The notes under the pieces were generated by a model. It did no database searches, was not told the origin of the DNA, and was given only the letters and a program-made list of their open reading frames with translations. The position numbers and the translations under genes were made by a program. A stretch of 62,525 nucleotides of DNA, the filler included, from Choristocarpus tenellus KU-1152 (lineage: Eukaryota; Protista; Phaeophyceae), in assembly GCA_964200185.2 (NCBI GenBank). It is 11 parts of 11 records of this genome, joined end to end, with 100 filler letters (N's around TTAATTAATTAA, not from the genome) between each part and the next. Parts side by side here need not be neighbours in the genome. Positions count along the whole stretch, not along the records: positions 6,651 to 16,143 come from CAXNAD020003633.1; positions 16,244 to 19,817 come from CAXNAD020019166.1; positions 19,918 to 26,853 come from CAXNAD020007018.1; 8 more parts are not named here. The stretch is one strand, 5' to 3'. Positions 10,801 to 22,949 of this stretch are shown here, in pieces. Position 1 is the stretch's first letter, and every line of letters starts with the position of its first letter.

Positions 10801-13800
10801 GGCTTAAACCTGTCAAAATAGAGTATCGGTATGCATGATTCCGAATATCTATTTGTAGTATATTTTTTTCTCCCCACCTACCTCCTTAAACTCTGTGTGG
10901 CAAACCCTTGCTCCCATGCAAACTTTGTCAAAGTACTGTTCTTGCTCTGCCAGTCGATCTTTTAACTGTCGGATAAACCTGGAAGCCAGAGGTGGGGAGG
11001 GAGCGGATTGCGAAAGAGTGAGGTATATGGATAGGGATTGGATTTGAGGATCAAGCGAGGGACTCTGGGTGGAGGAAGGATGGAGGATCAACAGTTAATC
11101 AGTTGTCAACAAATAAGTTGAGGATGGAGAGTGGACACAATTGAAGGGAAATAAAAAATGAAAACGATTTGGAAATTGGGCATATTTTACCCCTCAAAAC
11201 ATTTTTGGTTTGACCCTAGAGTGATCTTCCTCTCTGTTCCAGTAGAGCTTTGGGATAGAAAGTGAAAAAAGAAAAAAATATTGTTGACTTGTGAGCTCTG
11301 CTTCCCTTCATGGTGAGTATTCTTTAGGAGAGGGACAAGGATTTGAGATGGGGAACCCTTAAGCATCGTGAATAACAGGGTCTGTTTTGAGACCTTTACA
11401 CCTCATTACACATTCAACGAAAAACAGAGCCCATCCACAGACACACGCTTTACTAAGCGCAAAGTATCGATTACCATACAGTTCACCTAGCTTATTCTCC
11501 TTGTAAGACTTCATATCACCAAGGCTGCTCATAACTCGATCATGGATATGAATGAGTGCATTTACCTTTCCCCCTCCTCAGCGTTCTTGTGAAGCCCTAC
11601 CGAACATTTCTGCAGTTCCAAACTCAAGTTGAAACTCAAACCCTGCGTGAAGACAAATCCTTGCCATATTCTTTAACGTGTCACACAAACTCCAAAGCCA
11701 CTCCAACCACCTTAATCCTTCCTCTTTAGGGAAAAATGGGCTTTTGAAGCGTTGACCTTTTTTTCTGTACACTGCTAATCACCTTTTATTTCATATTCCA
11801 GAGGGGTTTTTTTATTAGCCAAAACCTCCCACAATTTAACCTACCCATGCTTGGCCACACCTGCAAGCTTTTTGATGGTGAGATATCAACTCTCCCTCAC
11901 GGGGGTGCCGCGATCCCACCTATCCAACAGACGGTCACAACATCAGGAGGGCAACCATCACCATCAGGCAACACACAAACCGTGCACACATGGGACAAGC
12001 CGTTGCAATAGGGCAACGGCATGTAAGGCATGCTGATACTGTGGGTAATTCTTGAGCCATGTATCAGTTGTGTTATTCAGTGGAGAACCTATTTCCACTG
12101 CCAAAATTAGGATAGCAATCTGAAACGGGGCTGGGGTCATTATTGCCATTCCACAGAGAGGAGTAGTTGTATGGCCTGTATATCTTAACAACCCCAGATT
12201 ATATCGTATACATAGGCAAATGAAGGAGCAACAAATAGAGGAGCCCCACCCAACCCTCAGTCCGTTCAACCTTTTTTTTGCAACCTCACCTACAAGCCAA
12301 TTACCTCTGTTCTTCCCTTTCTGGGCCAGTGTTTCCTTAGCCTCTCTTCCAGCTCCTCTGTCAGGAATGTTTGGCTGTCCAGACATGCTGCAGACACCGT
12401 CTCGTTTCTGCTCCAGCTACTTGCCTCCATACGCGATACAACATCAACCCGTAGACTTGATAGCATTTGCGAAGACTCATCTGTTGGAAGGACCAGCTAG
12501 ACATCGAAGGTGGGATAGGGAGAGAGTATAAGGCAAATGTGGAACAACAGGCTCAGCGGATGTCAGAAGATTGTTAATGTGTGGTGGGATGGTTGTTGTG
12601 AACAATGACCTTGTCTTTCCACGTACTCCGGAGTATGCCAGAAAATATTGAAAAAATTCCATTCAGAAAAGCAGCAACAGCTTGACAGAGACCTCTACTA
12701 TAATCACCCTATCCAGACCCCTATTCAATCTCAATTTCATGTCCAACCCAGCACCTCTTCCATCACAGGTTCCCCTGTCACATCGGTAGGGACGAGCAGT
12801 GCCTGGGCCTTCATCAGGGCCCGTTCCTCTTTAATTGCCTCCTGGTGAGCTGTAACCTCCTTCGCGACTGTGTGGTACACATCCAAAGCCGATGGGGCAG
12901 GGGGCAGGGCTACCTCCAGCGACTCCTTCTCCTCTTCTGCAGCCTGGTCACCCTTACTCTTGGCTTTTTTGGCCCCCTTGCCACCCTTAGGACTTTTGCC
13001 ATTGCCCTTTTTCTGCTTCTTCCCAGTCAGCTTTGCCTTGGCTTTCTCCTCTTCTTCTGCAAGGGCAAGTGCTGCAGCTAACTCTTTGGCCACTGCTGCC
13101 TCGAACTCGGCCAGTTTCTCAGGGGAGAGATGGATAAAATTTCGGTCCCTAGTATTTTGTGATGTTGAAGGTGGTGTACAACAGGATTAGTGTAGACGAC
13201 AAGGTTCAGTCAGGTAGAACTGGGGTTAGAGGCCTATCTGGTATGCAGGTGAGTGGTATGTAAAAGTTCTCACAACAGTTACAACTGAGGTTGTTCTCTT
13301 TTTGTTTGGTGGTCAAGAGCAGGCTAACTCTTGGGTACACAGCTTGTACAAGATGAAGCTCATCGAAACCATACCTAACCCTCACATACTGACATACTGG
13401 TCACATTGTGCAGACCCCTATCAACACTTCCACTCCTCATTGCCACCTCTCCCTTCACCTCTCGCATACAAAATGAGCCAAAGTATCTTAGAGGGTAGAC
13501 CCGCGTCCATTTGGGAGGCAACGTCCAATGTTACGATTTTGATGTAATTTGGCTATATCGCGTTTGTTTGGAAGTGTCAATATCCTTGTTCTGGACGCAC
13601 CTTTTCATAACGTATACATTTTACCTACTCCGAAACGTTTTGGAGTAGGAAATGTCATTAAGAAGCTCCATAGGAAGCCAAGCCCAAACGGACAAACAAG
13701 TAAAAACTCGTATCCTATAAGATACTTTCACTGAATCCTGTCGCACATCCTCACACCTGCTAGTGAGGTAGTATGCTAGGTCCTCCGCTTCAAGAGCTGT

Positions 13801-16010
13801 CACCTCTGCTTCGTCTAGGGGAATGAACCCCTTTTTCCAATACAGTAGTTGCTTTTGAACACATGGCACTCCTCCGTTCTGCTCATCCAGTATCATGAGG
13901 GATTATGGAGCAGTGGGGACAGCAAGGATATTACTGTAATAGGAAAATATGCATTCCTGGTATCCATTATTGCACCAGCATCAGAACAAACATCAATATC
14001 TGAGTGCATCTATTACATTCCATCTACTGTAAATGTGTGTTATTTTCTCACACTGAAGGTAATGAATGGCTTGGTTTGAACTGAGATGCAGCAAAAGTGA
14101 TCTCACCCAACTTCACCTTGTTCATATTGAATTACAAAGGGCGTTTCAGAAGCCCCAATCAAAGGTGCAGTAATGCCATGAGTGAATCTTTCGTATTCCA
14201 GCTACAAGTACAAGAACTAATTGGGTAATTTCTCAGTGTTTCTGAAAGAAGGGGGTGGCCTGTTTTCACCTGAGATACATGTAAATCATCTCACCGAATA
14301 TTTCCTGGATTACATTCAGGTACAGTGATCGACGTCAGACACTCTACTGAGGTTGAAAAAATTATTGCAAAGTCTGACGCTACAAGGAAAACATCTGATG
14401 TTCATATGAAAGACTCCCCTGATCTTCAAAATTACGTTACTTCCTGCAGTATGAGGATGTCATAAATAGAAAGATCGAGAACATATCCCTTTGCAAGGCT
14501 CATAACTCAATTATAAGTCTCGATTGGGGCGAAGGACGTTGTTCACATTGATTGGGTCACTCCTAAGTCTAGTGCAGCATCACACAAACTCCTTGGAATG
14601 TCTTTACCTCTCTTTTTTTTGCACAGCAATAAAACGAATGAAGTAAGGTTGCAGATATTAGACTGCAAGTATCGTGGTAGGAGCAATCTTCTGTTCCTAC
14701 TCGAGCATATTTTCTGCATTGAAATGGGGATTCCATTGATGGTGATTTAAAGGAGTGCTGAACAAGTTATGATATCCAAATCCAGATAACTGCTTCAAGT
14801 CGCAACAAAATTCGTCTTTCTTGAAGATTCATGACTGAGACCTTCATCCCCCATCTTTATCCCTTCTTCTTTATTATCTACCTTGTCCATCTCGTCTCCC
14901 TCCTCATCAGTCTCTACCTCCTCTTCATCCTTTGCGTCCTCTTCATCTTCCTCCCCTTTGAAGAAGTCCGTAACGATTTGTGCTGGAGTGTGCACAACTG
15001 TGTACACACAGTGGCCTCCAGGAACTTGAAAAGTCTAGTGGTGATAAAGAGAACGGCACAAAAAGTACAGCAGTCCATTAATGTATGTTTTCTTTCTTGA
15101 CTCACTCAAGGTAATAACAATCACATCCACACAATAAGCCTCTGCCATGTGCTAGCTTGTGACTAGATTTTCATATGAAGCACATTGTAGATCAAGCATT
15201 GTGACAGGGGAACACCCAGACGTTGTGAGGTGCCTTTCGTGTACCTTTATGTATGACTGGATATTTCTCTGCTTCTATTTCGGTGCTCATTGGATGTTCT
15301 GTAGAGTACACACTGCATGTAAAGAAAAATATCAGCACAAATTGCGCTGTCCAATCCATTGCATAGTCACCAACAAAGGTCAAGGTGAATCACTATCCAT
15401 ACAGAATGATTCAAGAAAAATATATAGAAGTGATCAATAGCATTTGGGTTCGTAAGAGCTTTGCCCTGTTTGACCGTTCAGGGCTTGACTTCCCATTTTT
15501 ATGCTCCTTTTCGGTCTTCTATCAGAAAATTTTAGGAGTAGATAAAAGGTATATGACCATAAAAAGTATGTCCGGAGCAAGGATATTGACACTTGCTACC
15601 AACGCAATAGCAAAAATTACATCAAAATCACAACATTGGGCTTATAGCCCCAAACGGACATGGCCCTACCCACTTATATGGTTTGGGTCAAGAAGCGCTG
15701 GAATGCACCACAACTCACCCACCTCATATCCACCTTCTTCTCCTTCATTTCCACGGTCACTACCGCTTTTTCCCACCTTCTCAGCTCCACCCTGTCCTGA
15801 TCCCCCCTCTTTTCCCTTGCCCTGGAGATTTTTCTCTGATATTCTTTCCTTTGTATCAGTTTCTGTCCCTACGCCTTCCCCCAACACCTCCAGTCCAAGC
15901 AGTTGGCATACAGAACCATGGAAATTTTGAGCCTCTCTGGCTACTGCAACAGGGTGGGTGGCAGCCATGGCATAGGCTGTCTTATGATAGGTGCGATAGG
16001 ATTCCTCTAT
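7839..16010 (-). CDS. CCDC180: CCDC180-like (DUF4455/DUF4456) ciliary coiled-coil protein, 11 internal exons, partial
   Basis: Phase-consistent AG/GT exons: 16010-15723, 15034-14882, 13878-13757, 13148-12755, 12496-12305, 11919-11861, 10978-10882, 10207-10137, 9583-9457, 8799-8722, 7984-7839. The spliced peptide includes IEESYRTYHKTA, TEELEERLRKHWPRKGRTEVGSRHPREGELISHHQKACRFIRQL, SVAALQGMASRCKRML, TFANGGNYDDKEVE and LSLREGLGQR. These resemble CCDC180 motifs as I recall them (ELxLxLHxPR..R..EL..H; FSEGGNFS.EE); no search was run. Confidence 0.78.
13475..13733. mobile_element. MITE family B in a CCDC180 intron
   Basis: GAGCCAAAGTATCTTAGAGGGTAG...TATCCTATAAGATACTTTCACTG; reverse orientation relative to the copy at 7242. 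Confidence 0.88.
15431..15689. mobile_element. Diverged family B-type MITE in a CCDC180 intron
   Basis: Retains ttgccctgtttg, gggcttgacttccc, tccggagcaaggatattgacactt and attacatcaaaatc, and ends tttgggtc. Confidence 0.75.
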
Positions 16011-16243
16011 CTGGAAATTTGAGGACCAGAAGGGGGGGGAGGGGGGGCAACAGGTGTTTTTTTTTAAATGAAAAATCAAGAGGAAACATATATATATAGC
16101 TGCGTGTGTATTATGAAGTGGCTGGGGTGAGAAGGTAGAGGGGNNNNNNNNNNNNNNNNNNNNNNNNNNNNNNNNNNNNNNNNNNNNTTAATTAATTAAN
16201 NNNNNNNNNNNNNNNNNNNNNNNNNNNNNNNNNNNNNNNNNNN

Positions 16244-19200
16244 CCCTTCCCTACCAGAGCTCCTGCCGACCGAGGTGCCTCCTTGACCCCCCCTCCCAAC
16301 GCCCACCTGTGAAGAACCCCGAACTTCTGCAGTAGGCCTCGATGCAGACGCCACCGTGGCTGCCACAACACGCTGTCGGAGACGTAGCCTTTGCTGCTGC
16401 AGCTGTGTCCATTGCCTCTGCGATGCCCCCCTCTGCCTAAGGTGTGAAGGAAGCGCAGGGAGCTCCGTCGAGAGCGGCGAGGCTGTCCTGAGTCGGGGGG
16501 GCATTGGTGACGGCAGTGTCGGGGGAGGAGAAGGCACCGCCCACATCGAAGACGGCGACTCGCCTCCACTGCTGCCAATTCCGCTACCCTGCTGACGGGA
16601 GTTGGTAGAACGTGGGGTGGTGTTTTCCATCGACGCAGTACCAACGGCTGTACCAACCCTGGTTCCTCCCCCTGCCCTAGAATCAACATTGTTAGTTTCA
16701 TCCGTATCATCGAGAGAGCGAACACTGTTGTTCCCCTGTTGTACCCCTACTGCCTGCTCTCCTCTCAATCGGGATCGTATCCCTGCCTCAGGGGAGCTGG
16801 TAGAAGCACCACGTGCTGTTGGTCCTGTGGCACCACTAGACCGGGAGATGTTTCTCACACTACTGCCACGGGGGGAGGCTACAGCTCCTTCAGCACCTGC
16901 TCCAGAGCTCGCCCCAGGAGCCGACCCTGATTCTGCCGTTGTGTTGGTGGTGGAGGCAGTTACAGCTGCATCATTTGGATAAGCCTTGACCAGCCTACGC
17001 AGACGAACGATCTCCACATCACGGTCCTTGATACTACAGCATAATGGGGGAGGGGATGGGAAAAGGAGGAAGGTTTTCCAGAAGTCTGACTGACTAGTAA
17101 GTAGCCCATCCAACGGCTACAACTCGCAAGGGTGATGATCTCATTCATCTCTACACTTCTGTTTCAAATGACATGTACTCTTGGTTTGGCGAGAGGGACA
17201 CACCTAGTCACCGGCCCTTCCCAAAATATATTTCCTACTGTACACTCAAGCTGGGAAAACATCAAATATCACATTCACAGACTCGGCAGTGTTGCAAGTC
17301 TTTGTTACTTCCTCCATTTCACAAGCAGATGACACTCACCCACCCGACCAAATGCTACACACCATTGACACTCAACACAATGCCCCTCTACTGACCGCTG
17401 ATGAAGGAGCCCCCTGTCAAGGAGGAGATCTATTCTTCTTCATGCACCTGCTACTACCACTACCTACCCAATATTCCTTCCAAATATTCTTGGAAGATGC
17501 TTCACCTCACTAAAAAATAAAATAAAATAAACTCTGCTGCACTAACCATGACATGCGCCACTTGCATCTCAAATATTAAACCACAATGGTACAGTGAGTC
17601 AGTCAGTCCCCCAACGAATCAAAACACATCAGCCTCAAAAAAATAAAAATAAATGATGCCAATTCACATCACCGCAACTGACAAGACGTTATAGACCTAC
17701 CTCACAATGAACTAAATGAAAAAGATAACAGTCGTTTGTGGAATTCCTCTATTCTAAAATCTCTATATATTTTTTATTGCAATACAAAACCGGCTCTTAA
17801 TAGATAAACCCCGCAAACTACTTTGGGGGGATTGGGATTCCCATTCAAATTCTCCTGCACACGCTATCAGAATTTAAAAAATACACAATCCAAGCGCATC
17901 CTGAACTAAATCTATGTGGGTAGGTAGGTAGGTAGATAAAGGAGGTACTGATCTTGCACATTTTATTATTTCGTTGCGAGCTGTGCACACCTCGGCGTCT
18001 TCCAACTCTTAATTTAAAAAAAAAATGAAATTCAAGTGACTGCTGGCTATGGATGTAGCAGGCCCTTCACCTCAAGTGCAAGCGGACACAGGTTTTTGAA
18101 ACGTTTCGTCCGTGACGTCGGTTACGTATCTACCAACAGTTACACTCATATTCTATTCCAGTACGAGCACAACAAAGATAGGTAGATGTAACTGCTGCCC
18201 AGAGATGAAAACAGCGCTCTGCTTCGAAACACCCACATACGTAAATGACCACACTAAGAAAATTTCAAAAATCACACAGTTCCACCTTGCTTCCCAGAGA
18301 GAGAGAGATGTACACACAGTTGAGCTTGGAGGCAACGCTGTTGGCAGCTAGCTAGCTACTCTCAACAGCATTACAAACATCAGAAAAACGCCTCCCTCCC
18401 TCCCCCCTCCCCTTCTACCTCTCGTTGCAATAACAATAGTAACAAAACGCCCGCACACAAAATACCAACACATTAATTTCTTCAGGGACTACCATCGAGG
18501 GAGGATCGTTCAAAGCGTCTACTCTACTCTTCAGGCCAACCCAGCGCGTCAGATCACGAACTGTTCAATCCTGCACCTCCAACAGTGGTCAATGGTCCAG
18601 TCTGTGCAGGATCAGCTGGGTTTCAGACATTACTAAAAGGGCCTATCCTGGGAAGACAAATACGTACACAAAATGGTTCTTAGACTACAAACTACAGTTC
18701 TGATTATGGCGCGATCTGGTCTAAAGTCCAGAGTTCAAATACTTGGGACTTCCTCACTTTGTGACAAATTTCTCACACACACAAAAAGCATGAGCGTAGC
18801 ATGCACACATGGGAACGTGGCATTTTAACAGAACACGGCAACAGGAGGGGAATTTTCTTGGAAGGTTCATAGAACTCCCGTGTCAAAGAATGCATACGCT
18901 AAAAACATACACACATGGGCTATGAATCTCCTATCGAATGACACAACCTGTACAACTGACGGAGATGGCACCACTAAGAAGGCACCACTATACTTCGAAT
19001 CATCCCACAAAGTTTAGAAAAAGAACCAACACAACCTTCATATATATATATATATATATATTTTCGAGGCCTAAGAATCCAAGCACTCATCAGAGATAGA
19101 GATAGAGAGATAGAGAAAGAGAGATGAGGAGGATAAGGATAGAAAGCCACATTCAATACACACACACAAAAATAGTCCACAACACAAAAACATACCTCCG

Positions 19201-19642
19201 CCAGTATGCATCTGTACGCCGTTTAAACCCTATGGCAAGAACCACCGCAGGGGCAAACCCCGCCACCAGAGCAAGAGGGAACGCCGCCCAAGCAACCACC
19301 AATTCCCGCCTCAATGCTGCACTCCCCCCCCCCCCCATCTCCACTCCCAAGCACCATCGCCGGGCATGCTTCTAATCCTCCCTCCCCCTCAGCTCCCAGA
19401 AGCCCATCCGCAGCTGGCCACCCTACACCAGTCTCACCCCCTCCCCCCTCCCCTTCCATCAAACCAACCCACGCAAGCACTAGGAAGCATATATAGAAGA
19501 TGGTCACGGTTGCGAGAGCATAACCAGTCAGTGCCAAAGATGGGGAGGCGTCCACAACCCGTGACAGCCTTGAAGGGAGGGGAAAGATGCCCTCACGAGC
19601 ATCCACAAGCATCTTGTACAAGTCATCGTCCTCAGAATACGC
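16244..19642 (-). CDS. Unknown two-TM membrane protein with a long low-complexity C-terminal region, two exons, partial
   Basis: Exon 19642-19196 carries hydrophobic segments LALTGYALATVTIFYICFLVLAWVGL and LVVAWAAFPLALVAGFAPAVVLAIGF, with an apparent frameshift in the C-run at ~19324-19336. Its donor AG|gtatgt joins in phase to tag|T at 17033, giving FKRRTDAYWRSIKDRDVEIVRLRRLV. A long open S/G/P/T/A-rich frame then runs to the contig end. Confidence 0.55.
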
Positions 19643-19917
19643 CTTATTGGTGAGGTGTGTTGGAGAGATAGAAAACAAAAAAAAGGATTTGAGATAGCGG
19701 GGGCGGTAGGGAGCGTAAGGGGGGGGGAGGGGGGGGGGAATCTCTTGCCACCACTGCAAGTTTGAATTTGTAGAAGTGTTACGCCTTGAAGTGATGATCG
19801 CATGGCCGTGTATTAACNNNNNNNNNNNNNNNNNNNNNNNNNNNNNNNNNNNNNNNNNNNNTTAATTAATTAANNNNNNNNNNNNNNNNNNNNNNNNNNN
19901 NNNNNNNNNNNNNNNNN

Positions 19918-19956
19918 CCCTCACAAACCACCCATACCCCCCAGATACTTTGACCC
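19918..19956. mobile_element. Family A' terminus at contig edge
   Basis: ccccccagatactttgaccc. Confidence 0.65.
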
Positions 19957-19984
19957 TGAATGAAGTATGTGTAAAGGGCTTGTT

Positions 19985-20227
19985 TCTGTGTGCTTAGAGT
20001 AATAGGTTCGAGTCTCGATGGATTGATTTCTTATTTTTATTGAATTAAGTGACTGACGTAGTGCGACTGACACAGACACATTTTTGACGTGTCTGCTGAC
20101 GTGCGCAATAGATAATAATATATGGGAGAGCACCCCCCCCACCGAGGATTGTGCTTACTCCACTAATATATATATCCATACCACATAAGACAAAGACTCT
20201 ATTAGAATAGCTCTCTTTGGCATAGGG
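19985..20227 (-). repeat. Repeat family C (Helitron-5'-like), inverted copy
   Basis: Reverse complement ccctatgccaaagagagctattctaatagagtctttgtcttatgtggtatggatata...tgcgcacgtcagcagacacgtcaaaaatgtg...aaataagaaatcaa...cgaacctattactcta matches 20348-20890 and 62358-62525. Confidence 0.8.
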
Positions 20228-20347
20228 ACAACCACGATCCGGATCGTATCCAACTCCTCATTGACGGACTCTCCACCTTCCGCAATTTTACGCTGGCGAA
20301 GACACCTGTAGCTGGTGACGTATCTCTGCCTATACCTTGTGGAGGAC

Positions 20348-20890
20348 CCTATGCAAGAGAGAGCTATTCTAATAGAATCTTTGCATTATGAGTGAAAGTA
20401 TCTTAGAGGGTACGAGTTTTGCCCTGTTTGTCCATTTGGGGCTTGGGTTCCCATGGGTTTTATTTATCATATTTTCCCACTCCAAAATGTTTCGGAGTAG
20501 GTGAAATGTATATGTTACGAAAAGGTGTGCCTGTACCAAGGGAAGTAACACTTACTAACAAACACGATTGCAAAAATTGTATCAAATTCTTACCATTGGA
20601 ATTTGGCCCTCAAATGGACGTAGGACTACCCTCTAAGATACTTTGGCTCTTATGTTGCATGGATGTATTTATTTGCGGAGTGAGCACTATCAATTGAGAT
20701 GGGGGGCGGTCTCTCTTATTATCTTATTGCACACGTCAGCAAACACATCAAAATGTGTCCTGCCGTTGGTCATACTATGTCACTTATCCTGTGTAACTAG
20801 TACTACGCCAGAAATCCTCCGTCAATCATTTATATCTAGAAATAAGAAATCAAACATTCGAGATACGAACCTGTTACTCTAGGCATACGG
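20348..20890 (+). repeat. Repeat family C copy interrupted by a B MITE
   Basis: Homologous to 19985-20227 (inverted) and 62358-62525. Confidence 0.8.
20390..20649. mobile_element. MITE family B with perfect 4-bp TSD
   Basis: GAGTGAAAGTATCTTAGAGGGTA...TACCCTCTAAGATACTTTGGCTC; TSD ttat at 20386-20389 and 20650-20653. Confidence 0.93.
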
Positions 20891-20979
20891 TCAGTGGCAC
20901 TTACTTCACTCAGGCAATACTTCTATTTTGTAGTACTGGTCACTAAACACATACGACGCTATAGACTACCTAGCCTATA

Positions 20980-22098
20980 TTGCACAGACTCGACCCACTA
21001 GGTGATGAAGAGGAACAGGAGACGCCATCGCCTAACCCTACAGTAGGTGCGGGAAGCGAGACACTCCATGGGGGAAGGCATCCAACCACACCCTCGGAAT
21101 ACAACTCTGAAGGCGATGGGGACAGGGCAGATTGTAGCGCTTTGTCATGTCCAGAGGAAGATGTCCAGGAGGACGTGGGGGGGCGGCTAGGGCACGGACT
21201 CGGAGTCCATGCCTGTCAAGAGTGACCCCCCGGAATGTCCCCAAACGTCCATACGGTGGGCAGCAGCGGCGACATGTCAATCGATCATGACCCAACGGGT
21301 AGAGGGAACAGGAATGACGATACTGTGGAGCAAAGGGTTGATTTGACATCATCAGGTTCCTCACATAGGGACAAGCCTTCCGCAAAAGGTACAGGGAAGG
21401 CCAAAACGACGATCATTAGGAAGAACAGGATGAGAGAAGGTGCTGGACGGGTCAGACTGTTCCAACAGTCTCGTGGAAATGACAGACGCGATTTAGATCC
21501 TAGCTTTTTTGTTGGCGTCTTCGCTTCTGCCAGAAAGGGCGGAGACGCGGAAAATGCAGCGCCATCTAGTACGAGGTATGAGGATGACGAAACGTCCACG
21601 TATGGTAATGATGGCGTCGTCACACAGGACGCGGTCGACTCCGGCGATCCACCCGTCGTGGGGATCATCGAAGCCTTCATGGAGGCATGTGTTACGGAGC
21701 TTCTACGATCGGCAACAAAACCCGCTTCGTCGCAAGTACCGAGTTCAAACTCAAATCCTTACCCAGGTCATATACGACCACAGGTTCAGGCTCATCAAGA
21801 CCAGCAGAGCGGCCAAATATCTTGTATTCGGGGATGACTGCTACGTCCATGAGCCCACACAGCTAAAACTCAGAGGCTATGGAGGGAAGCCCAGCAGCAC
21901 GTTCGTCCTGAGCATATGGAAGCACTCCATGAAAGGAAGGCCATCTTCCTAAGCCTCGTGAAGCCCGAAACGTGGAACGAGAGGTACCTCACACGCCTAA
22001 ATCTCTGGCAACTTCTAACCGAGGCATACCTGAAGCTTGTAGAGTGGTGGGGGAAGAATAAGGAATGCCATTTCAACTCCGCCCACCAATTGAAATAG
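20980..22098 (+). pseudogene. Decayed intronless ORF of unknown family, probably carried by a transposon
   Basis: GC-richer chain of overlapping or adjacent ORFs (20980-21225, 21235-21837, 21509-21952, 21916-22098) broken by a stop and frameshifts, directly downstream of repeat C. Confidence 0.45.
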
Positions 22099-22949
22099 GG
22101 CTTCAGCCGTCTCAGTTTTTATTGAAGTACGGGTCGAGTTACTTGTGTCTGATTCGTGCATCATTGCACGTTGCCTTGGTGTCCGACTACCATGTTCATG
22201 CAGTTTCCATCCGATGGGTTATGCATTTACATAGTGGTATCGGATACATTGCTGGCAGTCAGAGGTGCCAGTGTATCATATATGTACTCATCTTGAGGAT
22301 TGGACCTGTGTTCTTATTTGTTTAACAGAGCATGTCCAATATAAGTTTCTGACTACTAAAAAATACACATTTTATAAACAACTCTTCTCCTTTTCCACTA
22401 AGTTTCCAATCAATTCGCCATGGCCTGAGATGGATGCGTTTTCTTCTTACCAGCCGCTAATTATTTCCTGAACCCTACTACCTACTAGCTCCCCCCTGCT
22501 TCTCAATACTCTATGCACCATCTCATGCTCTGTCCAAGTGTCGACAAACGAGGGCTGATCTTGTCCTCCTTCAAATCTTGGAGTAACATATCCCAAAGTC
22601 AACGCCCGATGCTCCTAAGCACAACACCAGCCCTGAGCCTAACTCAAACACGTGCCATGAACTCGACGAATGTTCTGGATCGCCACCCCCGCACACCGAC
22701 ACTAACCATAACCTTATCCTAACACTTACACTGAGCCCATCTGCATCCCGTGGCAACCTTAAATAGACAAGCGTCTTACCTGAATTACGCACCAGTGCCG
22801 TCATCGACCCTACTTATGCCAAACCAACCCTAGCTCATCCGGATTTATTCAACCCCACTAACCCTTACCCGAATCAAGGGAAGAATATCTTAAGATACTT
22901 CCAGCGAAACGTACAACAATAGACCTTGACCAATAACCATTTGTGAACA

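Noticed and set aside
16356-16982. Plus-strand ORFs overlapping the long minus-strand frame
   Set aside because: These are antisense shadows of a GC-rich low-complexity exon.
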